Assembly: GCF_006345805.1 (NCBI RefSeq)
Contig: NC_042997.1
Span: 117,986,001-118,050,000 of the forward strand
Direction: 5' to 3'
Origin: Octopus sinensis
Taxonomy: Eukaryota
Length of the DNA stretch: 64,000 nucleotides
Below the pieces are notes generated by a model that ran no database searches, was not told where the DNA came from, and saw only the letters and a program-made list of their open reading frames with translations. The position numbers and the translations under genes were made by a program. Of this stretch, positions 22,041 to 34,900 are shown piece by piece (within the stretch, counting starts at the first letter, position 1; the number at the start of each line of letters is the position of its first letter).

Positions 22041-22309
22041 GTTCCAAAGTGATAAAAGTGAGACTAAATTCTTTTCAAAACAGACCAAAATCGAAACCGG
22101 ATTGCAGGTTATGCCTCGAAGTAACTTACCGTTTATTCCGTGACGTTCACCGTAATTTTTTAAATAAAGAACAAAAAAAAAAGTTTTTTAAATTATAAGT
22201 TTTTTTTCCTATTAGATGCGTCTCTGGTATATTTCCCACTGAATTCCTTGTCTAGAGAATTACAGTCATACTCACTCCAGTCTTTTATGGTTTACTTTTA
22301 TCTTTCACA

Positions 22310-22670
22310 GTGATTAGATTGCGGCCATGCTAGAGCACTGCTTTTAATGATGTAGTCAAACAAATAATTTAAAACAGAGTAGTTTTTGCGCCAGTCTTTT
22401 TTTGGGTGTTGGTTCTGAATCGCTAAGTTATGGGAAAAGGACGTCAATAAAACCACTACTGGTTGTCAAGTTGTGCTCTCTCTCTCTCTCACGTACACAC
22501 ACACACATGCACGCGCGACAGGCTTGTTTCAGTTTCCTTCTGCGAAATTCACCCACAATGCTTTAGTTGGGTTATAGTAGAAGACATTTGCCCATGCTGC
22601 CGTACAGCGAGACTGAACCTGAAACCACTTGATTGGGAAGCAAGTTCGTTAATCACACAACCTATGCCTA
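22310..22670 (-). mobile_element. Degenerate tRNA-derived SINE
   Basis: Contains the GCGGCCATGCTAGAGCAC tail segment and a head segment of the family seen at 37925-38340. Confidence 0.6.
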
Positions 22671-22777
22671 TGAATAAAGTGTAAAAGAAATCCTGCAAAT
22701 TTGCATACAGGCAAGCAATATTTAATAAATATAGATACGGAGCGGCGGTTTGGATTTTTATTGTGGAAATTTGCAGA

Positions 22778-22948
22778 ATGGGTAACCGACAGTCATCCAT
22801 GCCGGTGAGACGACGTCACCCATCTGGTTCTGAGATTAGATCAGGATTTTCATCCCTAAAACGTATCACAGGAAAAAACTATTATTTTGAAAATTTAGTT
22901 CTTGAAGGGAACAATGTAAAGAGCCTGGCTTATGTAGGGGCTTTAAAG
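22778..22948 (+). CDS. Patatin-like gene exon 1 (MGNRQSS...FENLVLEGNNVKSLAYVGALK)
   Basis: Acceptor at 22776 and GTAAGT donor; encodes the glycine-loop-equivalent region. Confidence 0.85.
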
Positions 22949-25900
22949 GTAAGTAATTTGCTTTTTATTTTCCCTTTTGGTTACGAATAGTTTATATTTT
23001 TATTAACGATAAAGGTTGAAAGACAGATGGGATAGCACAAGATGTGGGGGGAATTCGCCAACGAATGATAAACGGAATATTTACAAATTTAGAATAAAAA
23101 TAACGATGAGGAAGTGAGGGACGGATGTGACCCCACAAACCACTTTCCACCGCTGGACCTTTTCAGTACTTTTATGTCATCCCTTAAGTAGACACCTTCA
23201 CTTTCAACATGCATGCCACTTTCATTTTGGTTTCGAATGTGAACAAACAGAATCTTCGAAGTCACCGTCACCAGTCTTCTTGTAAAAGTATAATTATGTA
23301 CTCTACGAAAAAGTGAGTAATTCTTCAGTTTAAATGTAAAATTGTTTTTTTTTTATTAAGATAGTTTGACATAAAGCTTGCAGAATCGTTAGCATGCCGG
23401 GCGAAATGCTTAGTGGCATTTCGTCTCTCTTTATGTTCTGAGTTCAAATTCCGACGAGGTCGACTTTGCCTTTCATCCTTTCAGGATCGATAAATTGAGC
23501 ACCAGTTGCGTGCTGGAGTCAATCTAATCGACTTGCCCCCTCCCCCAAATTTCGGGCCTTGTGCCTAGAGCAGAAAAGAATATTATATCTCAGCATGAGA
23601 CGTCAAACTGGCAGAATCGTTAGCATACCGGGCAAAATGCTTAGCGGCATTTCGTCTGTGTTTACGTTTTGAGTTCAATGCCATTTGGAGCCGACTTTGC
23701 ATTTCATCGTTTTGGGGTCGATAAACTGTCTCAGTTGAGAATTGGGGTAGCTGTACTTGACTTAATCCCTCCCCTTGTATTGCTGGTCTTGTGCCAATTT
23801 TTGAAGCCAATTACACAACACAATATAAGGCAGCGAGTTCGGAATATCGTAAAGGAGCTGGACAAAATGTTTGGCATTTTCCCTGAGTCTTTATGTTCCA
23901 AGTTCAAATTCTGCAGAGGTGAATCTTGCCTTTCATTGTCTTGGAATCGATGAAATAAGTAACAGCCGAGTACTGGGATGGATTAAATTGACTACTTCCT
24001 CTCAAAATCACTGAACTTGTGTCGAAAGTAAAAAGAATTATGACTCGACATAAATATAAATCCATTTGTATGCGAGTTTCAACTGCTTCCCATTATTTCT
24101 ACCCATCTAAAGGAGTCAGTTCCTCTTTAAATATTTTGAATTGACACTTATCTAAATTGCTCTACCTCAGTATTTTTATCAATAGGTGCTGGACAAAGTT
24201 GGAATCTTAAGGAAACTGAAAAGATTCGCTGGTGTAGGAACTAGTGGTGTCATAGCTTCTCTATTAGCTGCCGATTTTGATTGCGATACAGTCCAGAGGT
24301 TGTTGAACGAGCATATTGATAATTTGCTATTTGGTAAGACTTTAAATCATAAACATTTTTGTACCCTGTTGCAATTTGTTTTTTAAACTAATTTGGATCT
24401 TTTCGGTTTGAACAGCAGTTTTAAAAAATAATTTCCACGTAACTAAACACTTTAAAACTTCCTATCCTGGTAGAATGTGTTTCTAAAACGTCTTTTTCTC
24501 TTGGCTTTATTGAGAAAATTCTATAGTTTGTAAGATATTTGGGTTTTTTTTCTTCAATTTCTGCTATTTCAACCAATCAATGACGTCTATTGAGGTAAAA
24601 AAACATTGTGCCGTATGAATATGTCCCTCGTTTAAGAAACAGATTGGGTTTATTTACATTTGTGAAGAAAAAAAGATACCCGTCCCCCTAACCCTAACAC
24701 AGATTGAAATGCAATAGATCGATACTAGGGTTATAATTATGGGCGACAATTTCATATGACATCGCTAGAAAATAACTGCCGTTCAAACCGAAAAGATCCA
24801 CTAATTTTAGTGCGTTATTCTCTTTTTTCTCTTTTACTTGTTTCAGTCATTTGACTTCGGCCATGCTGGAGCACCGCCTTTAGTCGAACAAATCGGCCCC
24901 AGGACTTATTCTTTGTAAGCCTAGTACTTATTCGATCGGTCTTTTGCTGAACCGCTAAGTTACGGGGACGTAAACACACCACCATCGGTCGTCAAGCGAT
25001 GCTGGGGGGGGGCTACTTTTATTCATTTCATTTGCCATAGAGGCAGTACAGAAATGAGTAGCTTTGCGGGCTGGACGAGACATTGATGAGGCGAATGATA
25101 ATAATACAAGATAAGGATGGGAGAAGACAGAAAGCGCCCGCCGACCCTCTGCTTCTCTATAACATTGTTCTTTTAATAAGACACATCTTGAGGTAATAAC
25201 CCTCTTACAATTTAAATATTTTACAATTTCTTTGGACTAACAAGTACATTACAACTAAGAACACTACACACGCGCCTATCCTTACTTGATAAATATTATA
25301 AACCAGGTCACGCCAAGTTTAATACGATGAATTATTTACTGAAAATAGTTAGCTGTGCTTCTACTACTAATCAAAAGTTAAGCTATTTATATCCACGTAT
25401 ACAGACGGTAACTTAACCGAGTCGTGTGAGAGCAAAGGTTTCCTTGTTTCAGTTCTGTGCGATTTGAGTTCAAATACCACTGAGGTCAGGTTTGTGTTTT
25501 ACCATTTCGGAGCAGTTACAGAAACAGTTAGGCACAAGAATCAGTTTTTTTATTCTTTCTCTTTGTTAGACGGACTTTCTATTTCTGACAAAAAAAAAGT
25601 GTTCGTATATAAAGGTAAATGTGCTCCGCCAGGTTTAAAATCCCTTAACACATGCGGTACGTAACTGTATCTTGACGTGCTAGTATTTTTTCTGCGTGAA
25701 GCCTATTTGGGTCTTTTCGGTTTGAACGGCAGTTTTTTCTAGCGGTGTCATATGAAATTGTCACCCATAATTATGACCATAGTATCGATCTATTGCATTT
25801 CAATCTGTTTTAGGGTTAGGTTAGGTTAGGGGTGGGGGGAAGGGTATCTTTTTGGTCTTCAGAAATGTAAATAAACCCAATCTGTTTCTTAAACGAGGGA

Positions 25901-28900
25901 CATATTCATATGGCACAGAATGTTTTCACCTCAATAGACGTCATTGATTGGTTGAAATTGCTGAAACTGAAGAAAAAAAAGAACCCAACAAATATCTTAC
26001 AAACTATAGAATTTTCACAATAAAGCCAAGAGAAAAAGATGTTTTATAAACACATTCTACCAGTATACGAAGTTTAAGCGTTTAGTGACGTGGACATTAT
26101 AAAAACAAAAACTGCCGTTCAAACCGAAAAGATCCGCCTATTTTGCTATACACCATTTACAAATATGATATGTATTTGCATCTTAATTGAAAACTTATGA
26201 AGGCAGTTATTTCTCTTTAGATAATCAATGTGATGTACTTGCAAAGGATGTAATGGAAAAGTTAGGTCGTAATTCGGGAAGGAAGTTTTTGGAATGGTTT
26301 GGCAACATCTTAAGGATTAAATTTGGCAATGCTGACATCACCTTTAGCCAGGTAAGTCTATCTGATATTTTCGCCACAGTTTCTCTTCGTCGTTAGTGTT
26401 TAAAAGTGAGTTTGTCATAGCTGTGCATTCTGATGTTATATTCTCTAGGCATGACTGTGTGGTACACTTGAATACCTCCATTTAAGCGCTCGTGTGCATT
26501 CCCATTGAATCCCCCCATTTGAGTGCTCAAATGCACTCCGATTAAGATCGCTTTTTCATTCGCAAAATGTGCTCCTTTTAATTTTGCTGAGATTCCTTTC
26601 AATTTTGGTGTATCGATACAACTGTGAATTTTGATCATATTCAACCAATCTCATGAACTAAAGAATCTGATGTTTGGAATTTTTTAGCCAATCAACGGAT
26701 AGTTAGATATTAACAGCTTGTTATCATGACAGAAAATTTGGCCAATAGGCTATAAATACAGTTTAAAAAATTTTTTTTAAAGATTTTTAAACCGTTTTTC
26801 CTCCAATTTTTTTTTGTCCACAACATCATACCATCATAACAATTAGTCCGGGAAGGTATATTATTACAGCTGATTTTCACATTTTTTTTTACTGTCTTTT
26901 AAAAAATGCATATTTTGCAAATGAAAAAAATGTAGATCCAAGATCTCTCCACTTGAACACACACTCGTGGCACTCCGTCGGTTACGACGAGGAGGGTTCC
27001 AGTTGATCCGATCAACGAACAGCCTGCTCGTGAAATTAACACGTGAGTGGCTGAGCATTCTACAGACACGTGTACCCTTAACGTAGTTCTCGGGGAGATT
27101 CCACGTGACACAGGATTTGACAAGGCTGGGCCTTTGAAATACAGGTAAAACAAAAACAAGAAGTTGTGGTGAAAGAGTATCGCAGGTTTCGCCTCCCTCC
27201 CGCCTGCCGGAGCTTTAGGTGTTTTCAACAAACTCTCTCAACGCCCTGTCTGGGAATCGAAACCGCGAGTCTGCTGTTCTAACCATTGTGCCTCCACTGG
27301 ATACACATTAACAGAAAAAAAAAAAGAAAACACGTTCTCTTTCTCTCTCTCTCGCTCACACAATCTAAGAAAAATGTGATTAAAAAACCCCCCAAAAAAC
27401 TTAGATGTACGGCTCTCGCTCTCTCCCTTTCTCAGAGACCCTCATTCCTTCCATGCGAAGGAAAGACGGAAGTTCGACCAATACTTACTTTCTCTTTTCT
27501 AACGAAAATAAACTGACTAGAAGAACTACAAACATACTCTCTTGCCTAACTTAAATAACTAAAGGCAGTACTCACTCGCCGGCTGGCTACACTATAACAT
27601 ACGCACCACACCAGGCCATCAAAACAAGAGCGTAAGACACTAACTACAACATACAACTGTCTCTCTGTCTCTCTATCGCTCTGTCTCTCTATCGCTCTGT
27701 CTCTCTATCGCTCTGTCTCTCTATCGCTCTGTCTCTCTATCGCTCTGTCTCTCTATCGCTCTGTCACTTTCTCGCTCTCGCTCACACATGTTAACAAATA
27801 TTTACATGCTCACACACACACACACACACACACACACCACACACACACACACACACAATCTAAGAAAAATGTGAAAATGTGATTAAAAAAAAAACTTACA
27901 TGTACGGCCCTCGCTCTCTCCCTTTCTCAGAGACACTCATTCCTTCCATGCGAAGGAAAGACTGAAGTTCGACCGATACTTACTTTCTCTTTTCTAACGA
28001 AAATAAACTGACTAGAAGAACTACAAACATACTCTCTTGCCTAACTTAAATAACTAAAGACAGTACTCACTCGCCGGCTGGCTACACTATCACATACGCA
28101 CCACACCAGGCCATCAAAACAAAAGAGTAATACACTAACTAACTCTGTGTGTGTGTGACCCCCTTCGGTTAGACACTGATCATGGGCTTGCACCTAGCAT
28201 TACCATCTGAGGCACAAGTCTGGGCAAGGTTGTTTTTATGGAAGACCAGCAGTCGCCCATGCATACCAGCCTCCCCTCTCCACACCACCAGTGTTATCCA
28301 AGGGAAAGGCAAAAGCCGATACAGCTTGGCACCTGTGACGTCGCAACTCATTTCTACAGCTGAGTGAACTGGAGCAACGTGAAATAAAGCGTCTTGCTCA
28401 AGAACACAACACGCAGCCCGGTCCGGGATTGGAGCTCACAACCTCACGATCGTAAGCTCGACGCTCTAACTACAACATAACATATCAGCACATTGTACTA
28501 CACCACATCAGGCCAGCAGAAGAAAAGAGAAACTAACACGAAAACTTATTCACTATCACATACGCACCACGCCATTTCCAGTTTGCTATTACCCCTTCCT
28601 TTCTTATTCATATGTTGTGACGGAGGAAAACACGAGCATTATTATAGAAGTTTGTTATGCAGAGCACTCTCTCGACCCTTCGACATATTAGGGTCTAGGA
28701 AAACAGCAAATTCACACCTTCCCCACGTCTGTGGAAAAATGGCTATTACCCAATGGTCAGTCTGCATGCTAGATCAAAGCTGAAGGCCTCCAGTAACTTT
28801 CTGTCCCCGTTGCTCCTTTCCATATAGCTACTGGACTCAAGAAAGTGTGATGGGGTCTTAGTATGCTACGTAACCAAATATTATTGTAGGCATGGTTTGT

Positions 28901-31900
28901 ACAGACCCAGTTCCGATATCTGATCCTTCAAACTTGTATTGATCTGGTGCAACAATTACAACGAGGAAAGGTTTGTATGGAGTTCGCTTCACTTAGATGA
29001 GCAGCGAAAGAGCTAAAAGCTGAATGGCCTCTTCCGCTTTGGGTCGATTGGAGTGTTTCTGAGCGACCTATTTCTGGATTCAATTACGTGATATGCTAGT
29101 TAACTCCGCAAATAAAACAAACATGGGAACAATGGTGGTTCAGAGATGGTTCTACGCTCCTGGAAACTCTGCAAGTTCCAAGCTAAGTCCTCACTCTCTC
29201 ATTCATTATATACCGTAAATCCTCGAGTATAATCCGCATTCCACCTCACCCCAAATTTAAGGGTCAAATTCCCTAGTGCGTACTATATACGAGGCTAAAA
29301 ATGAAAAATATTTTCTAAGCAATGTCCGAGTCTCTATTTTCATGTGAAAACTACTCCAGATGCTGTGATACATTTTGTGATGTCGGGCGCAAAAATACCT
29401 TAAGCAGTGAAGTAATAAAATAATCACCCATAGCTTGCGGTAAGCATCATTTGTTAAAATAAAAGTATTCAAAACACACAATAATATGTAACAAAATTTG
29501 CAAACATATTTACATTCCCATATAACGGTTAAGAACATTACGATTATTGTATTACGCATGCACGGAGGCATTTGTTCGACTAAGTGCTGCTGGCTTAATT
29601 ACGCACGACTCACGTTAGAGAAGGTTTAGGTTTTTCAGAGGTACAGCCCCCTAAAAATCCCCTGCGTATTATACTCAAGGGCGGACAATACTCGAGGCTA
29701 AACCTGAAAGCAGTGAAGTAATAAAAAAATCATCCATAGCTTGCGGTAAGCATCATTTATTAAAACAAAAATATTCAAAACACACAGTAACATGTAACAA
29801 AAACAATTTGCAAACATATTTTCATTCCCATATAACAGTTAAGAACATCACCATTATTGTATTACGCATGCACGGAAGTGTTTGCTCGACTAAGTGCTGC
29901 TGGCTTAATTACGCACGACTCCAGTTAGAGAAGGGGTGCGTATTATACACAAGGTTTGTTTTTCAGAGGTACAGCCCCCTAAAAATCCCTGCGTATTATA
30001 CTCAAGGGCGGACTATTCTCGAGGATTTACGGTAGTGTTTGTCTGTGTGTGTGCGCGCGCGCTTGTGAGTATATACGCATATGTTCGTGATAAATATTTG
30101 ACACATAGTGGATATAGTGTGTGAACACACACACACATATATAATATAAACATTTATTACACAAAGTGGATTATTTGACCTGACAGCTATATGACCAGAC
30201 TGGCAAAGAGCTCTGTATTGTTGTGATGAATCTTAGCCGGAGGTGCGAAGAATATTTTCATGTGAAAACTACTCCAGATGCAGTAATACGCCGTGCAGTT
30301 CTCATGACCATATCATTTCCAGGTATCTTGCATTTTAATCTCCGATAATGATCAATACTTTTCTGTTTCTAATCTTCTATCGAATTTCAGTTTCCAGCCT
30401 GTAACTGTACTAACGTGTGTAGATTGTATAGTTTCAATACGCTTTAAATTATGAACAGAAGCTATGTTAGCACCTCGACATATATATTTGTATATACTAT
30501 AGTGTGAATAACTAGTTAATCATTCGTATAACTGTTCGAAGTAAAGTTCGTTATACGAGTCAACGGAGCCTCTACTTCGTAATTTTAGCCATAAAAAAAA
30601 TTGCCAAATTCCGCTCAAACCACACTTTATAGTCATCACAGAGAAAAGCTCTTGGTACTTAGCTCAAGAATACATGAGCTTGCTCTATCAAGAGCTGGTT
30701 AAGAAGTAAAAGAACTGTTTAGTTTAAGCTGAGACCAGTGAAAGACAAAACAGATAACCACGAATACTTAGCCATTTTTCTAATTGCTGGTAACTCTTGG
30801 CATTCACATAGTTATAATACAGTTTTACAAATTCTGTTGTCTGGGGAGAGTCATTCTCTTTTAGTGCCTTATTTTTTAACACACTCACCGGTAAAATTTC
30901 CACTTATTTCTTATTTTTATTTTCTAAAATTTTCGTTGCGTCTTGCAACCTTTTCAATAGTCTTGACTCTCGTATAAAGAATCTTGCAAACCAAATCCCA
31001 AAACGAAATAGTTTTACAAATATTTTTTGTAATGCCAAGAAAATATGGCGTTCGAACAACTGAATAGACTTAGCGGAATTACGGGGCAGAGGTTAGCGGC
31101 AAATACCTTTTTATAATTCCAGTGAAACTATAATACGATATATTTTATATGTAATGAAGCATAATGTCCGGCGGTGTCAGGTGATTTAATTTTCTATTGG
31201 GTTATAACTCTATAGAAGTCATACGGAGAATTTCCTAACATTCGTGTAGTATTATCAATTTCAGTCTGCAAAATATAGCTACAAGATTGTATCAGTATGT
31301 ATTCTCAGCATTATACAATTGTGAATTCACAACTTAAGGCAAGTAAGGAGTATTCTTCAAATCACTGGGACGTAATGGCTACACCTACAAGTCAACTCTG
31401 ATATAGAATATGGTAAATAACATAGTACGTGATATATGTATTATTATATGTGCTTGTCATACAATTGGTTATTATTACCTGTCAGTTTATGGATGGATAT
31501 CATTTTAGTTGCCGTGTGTGGTTTTGACACCGTTGTTGTGCCTAATATTGTTTTATAAACCAATTTTCAGGTATGTTTCAGCCAGTCAAGTACCATGTCG
31601 ACGGGCAAGAATCGTATTACTTAGATGGTGGAATAATTTGCAATTATCCTATTAATTGCTTCGATGGTGGGTATGCAAATTCTTTATTGTTATTACTATT
31701 TTGAGGGCAGAGGTAGATCCTTAAATCTATAGGGATCCTAATTTCGATAACGAATAATTTGGTGTGAATGTCTTTTTCTCTCTGTATAAACATATGACCG
31801 AGGGACATCATCTGCACGAAAATGAAAGAAGCAACAGCATACTGTTGAGTAAATCTTCAAATCTTTCCCAGTATTGCTATGTAAACATTGCGATGATGTT

Positions 31901-34900
31901 TTAAATTTCCCCGACATCTGACTTCACATATTTAATCCGTATTGAGTGTTCTGTTAGAAGCGCAAAACCTGAAATTTTGTGGAGAGGGTTACATGAATCC
32001 CAGTGCTCGACTGATATATATAATCGACTAAAAATAAAGTACATGTATTCTCTCATTGGTTCGTTCGTCACTGACATGAGATAACACTTTACACTCAATT
32101 GTGAACCACGTTACACTTATCACGGATTGATAAGAGATAATGCGAGTTGTTGATTAACCGAAGATTCTGCTTGTACCTCAATCGTCCACAATGCTCAGTT
32201 AACAAGAATGTACTGATTATCGCGACTTGTGACGCCGCGTATTTTCTGACAGATTTTCGTACTTATTGATCTGAAGCCATTGAGCAGAGAATACTCTGTA
32301 CAGGGGGCAAAAAGGAACATACGAGATAGAGGGAGCTTCGCTGCTGTATGCTGTGAGTTTAGTGTCTATGAATCAACCATTCTTTCTATATATCAAGTGC
32401 GTGGAGAAATCCCGGTGATTAAACTAGGAAAGACGAACTGAGGGAGATTTAATATTCTTGTAAAAATGCGAGATGTGAGCTGTATTTATAAACTATTCCC
32501 AGATGAGACAGATGATTGAAATGATTTCAGGTAGAATGAAATCATTAACTTCGCGGCAGATATCAGGCAACAGATTCCATTAAATCGACGAGTCTCACAC
32601 GAAGGAAAAAGACATGAAAATCATTTCGTCAGCTGTCTGTCCAAATAAAATTATTTCACTCCCCTTGCGTTAATTTCCAACTTTGCGATTCTTTTATTTT
32701 GCGATTTGGAGTTGCTACTTGTCTAAATTTAAAGTTAAAGGTTTGAATAAATCCGTTTACTTAGAATTAAAGCTTCATTTATTTTATACTTAGACATTAA
32801 ACAGTAACAAACTCAATGAGACGAGAAGGAAAACTTACTAGGCGTTATATCGTTATGCCTAGAATCGATGCACTCTACCAGCTTTTTTTGTTTTTACTCG
32901 GAATCTGTAGAACAAGCCACACGAAATCTTTGTTAGACTATCGTAAGGAGTGGTTATTTTGTAATGGGTTACAGTCGTTTAACATATTGTAATAGTCACA
33001 TACGTACAGTATGTAATATTTGTAGTGTGGTGAGGATAATTAACAATTGCATTTAATGGAGATGAAATGGTTTAAATACTTATGAAAAACCATTTTATAT
33101 TCAGGTTGGTGGCTGTCGATGGAATCAAAGAACAACTTTGTGGATCAGTGTTGCTCTGCGGCTGATATTACAACTTTTTACAAAGGACGTTTCTTAGGCA
33201 AGAACTACGCCACACTAGGAATACTATTGGTGAGTTACTTTATATAATTAAAGCAAAACATTTGCTTCGATTTTTACACTTTAGATTACATTATCTTCGT
33301 TTTGAGTTCATATCTTGCCAATGTCAGTTTATTTTTCTAGTAGTTCTCAACTGAAGGCGAAATAGATTTATAGCTATAAATCTATGTACCATAAAATATA
33401 TAGATTTCTATATTTATAGATAAGGATTTATACTTATACAGATTTGTATAATTCCCTAAAGATATATTTATACTTGTTTGTAATACCTATATAGAAAGGT
33501 AAAAATACTTATACTATTGGTAGCCGTGAACAATAATGATTACACTAATACAAATATCACTAATACAAACTACTTAAAAGTATTAGTTTGTTAGTATTTG
33601 ACCGGAATTAAGTAATTATTTGTTTAGAAGAGGTTTAACATTTCAGGCAGATCCTCTTATTTGATTTACGAGTGGCAGATATTGGAGCAACAGACATCAC
33701 TAAAGATAAATAAATGAAATAGAACTTTAAATCTGTTTCAGTATGACAACTCTCATTATACGGAAGAGTACTGTATTGTTAAGCAACAACTAAACATGGC
33801 TAAGGCGAATTCATTGATACCCAACACGAAGCTTGGCAGGTATTTAATTACTAAACAATTTCCTAATCGTTTATATGTAGTTTGGAAATGGCCGACTGGT
33901 AGTGAAGGAATTCGCTTCATAACTCTTTGGTTTCGTGTTTGTATCCGCAGCATCTTTGGGAAATGGCTTCTATATCCTCGGAGCAACGAAAGCTTTATTA
34001 TGGTAATTTGGAAGGCTGAAACTTAGGCTCAGTTGAAGAGACTATTTGTGGATGGTAGAATAATCGGTCTCTCTTGGATTTAAATAACGCTGACTCCTAC
34101 AGAGTCCCAGGGCCCCGAGAAACAAAGTTCCGACCCGAGGAGAATTCCTTCCACCAATTATGATGCTGTAAAGGCCTCGACACTGTCATTGTTTTCTCTA
34201 AGACTTTAAAAAAACAAATCTCCTTAAATCAACTCCTTTTTACGATAGATTTAATCAGCTTTATACTTTAAAAAATTTACAATTATTTTTCATCTGGATT
34301 GAATTGTAAAAAAGAATTAACTGAAAGTTGTGTTAAGATAATTATGGCAAATAACTTAGTTTCAACAAACTCCGCCGCACCTACTTTCAACAAATTCGTA
34401 ATAACTCCGCCGTCCTCGTAAGCACTGACACCCATTCTGTGACTATGGTTTTCAAAACGAACAAAAGCTTACTTTTGAAAGGCATATTGGTTAAATTGTA
34501 GCTGGCTGTGCATTAGTATTATCTGAAGATTTCATCATTACCATTCTAACTTTATATAGCTCAGATTTTGTCAAACCTTTTTTTTTTTTCAGATTCTTTT
34601 AAATCACTCGAAACACAAAATCAGGTTGTGGCTATAATTTTAATTTCTCTTCTATTAAGCTAATCTCTACTGAACTAATTAAAACTCTTTGTAAATTGAT
34701 ATTTACCTAAGTTCAAATTTCTTGGCAGACAATTTAAAGATGCTTCAGAGATATCGATGTTACAAATGGATGTGTTTGAACGGTTTTCTGACAGCAACGA
34801 ACAATTTTGCATGGTAAGTTGTCTACTTTTGTCAGGTGACTGGCATGTTACCTAACAGTAACTAGGATTATTAGTTTCTACTAAGAAATTGTACTAGGAG

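Noticed and set aside
23089-23271. Minus-strand 60-aa ORF as a missing GLYAT-like exon
   Set aside because: It has no family motifs, and better exons were found at 44821 and 46384.
24686-24700. CCCTAA / TTAGGG motifs (also near 25812 and 44372) as telomeric remnants
   Set aside because: There are only 1-2 units, and they are an internal part of the MITE consensus.
33951-34624. Two extra AG/GT-bounded segments (33951-34002 and 34593-34624) as patatin exons
   Set aside because: They are phase-compatible as a pair, but the peptide lacks family resemblance and direct exon 7 to 8 splicing already keeps the frame. RNA-seq would be needed.
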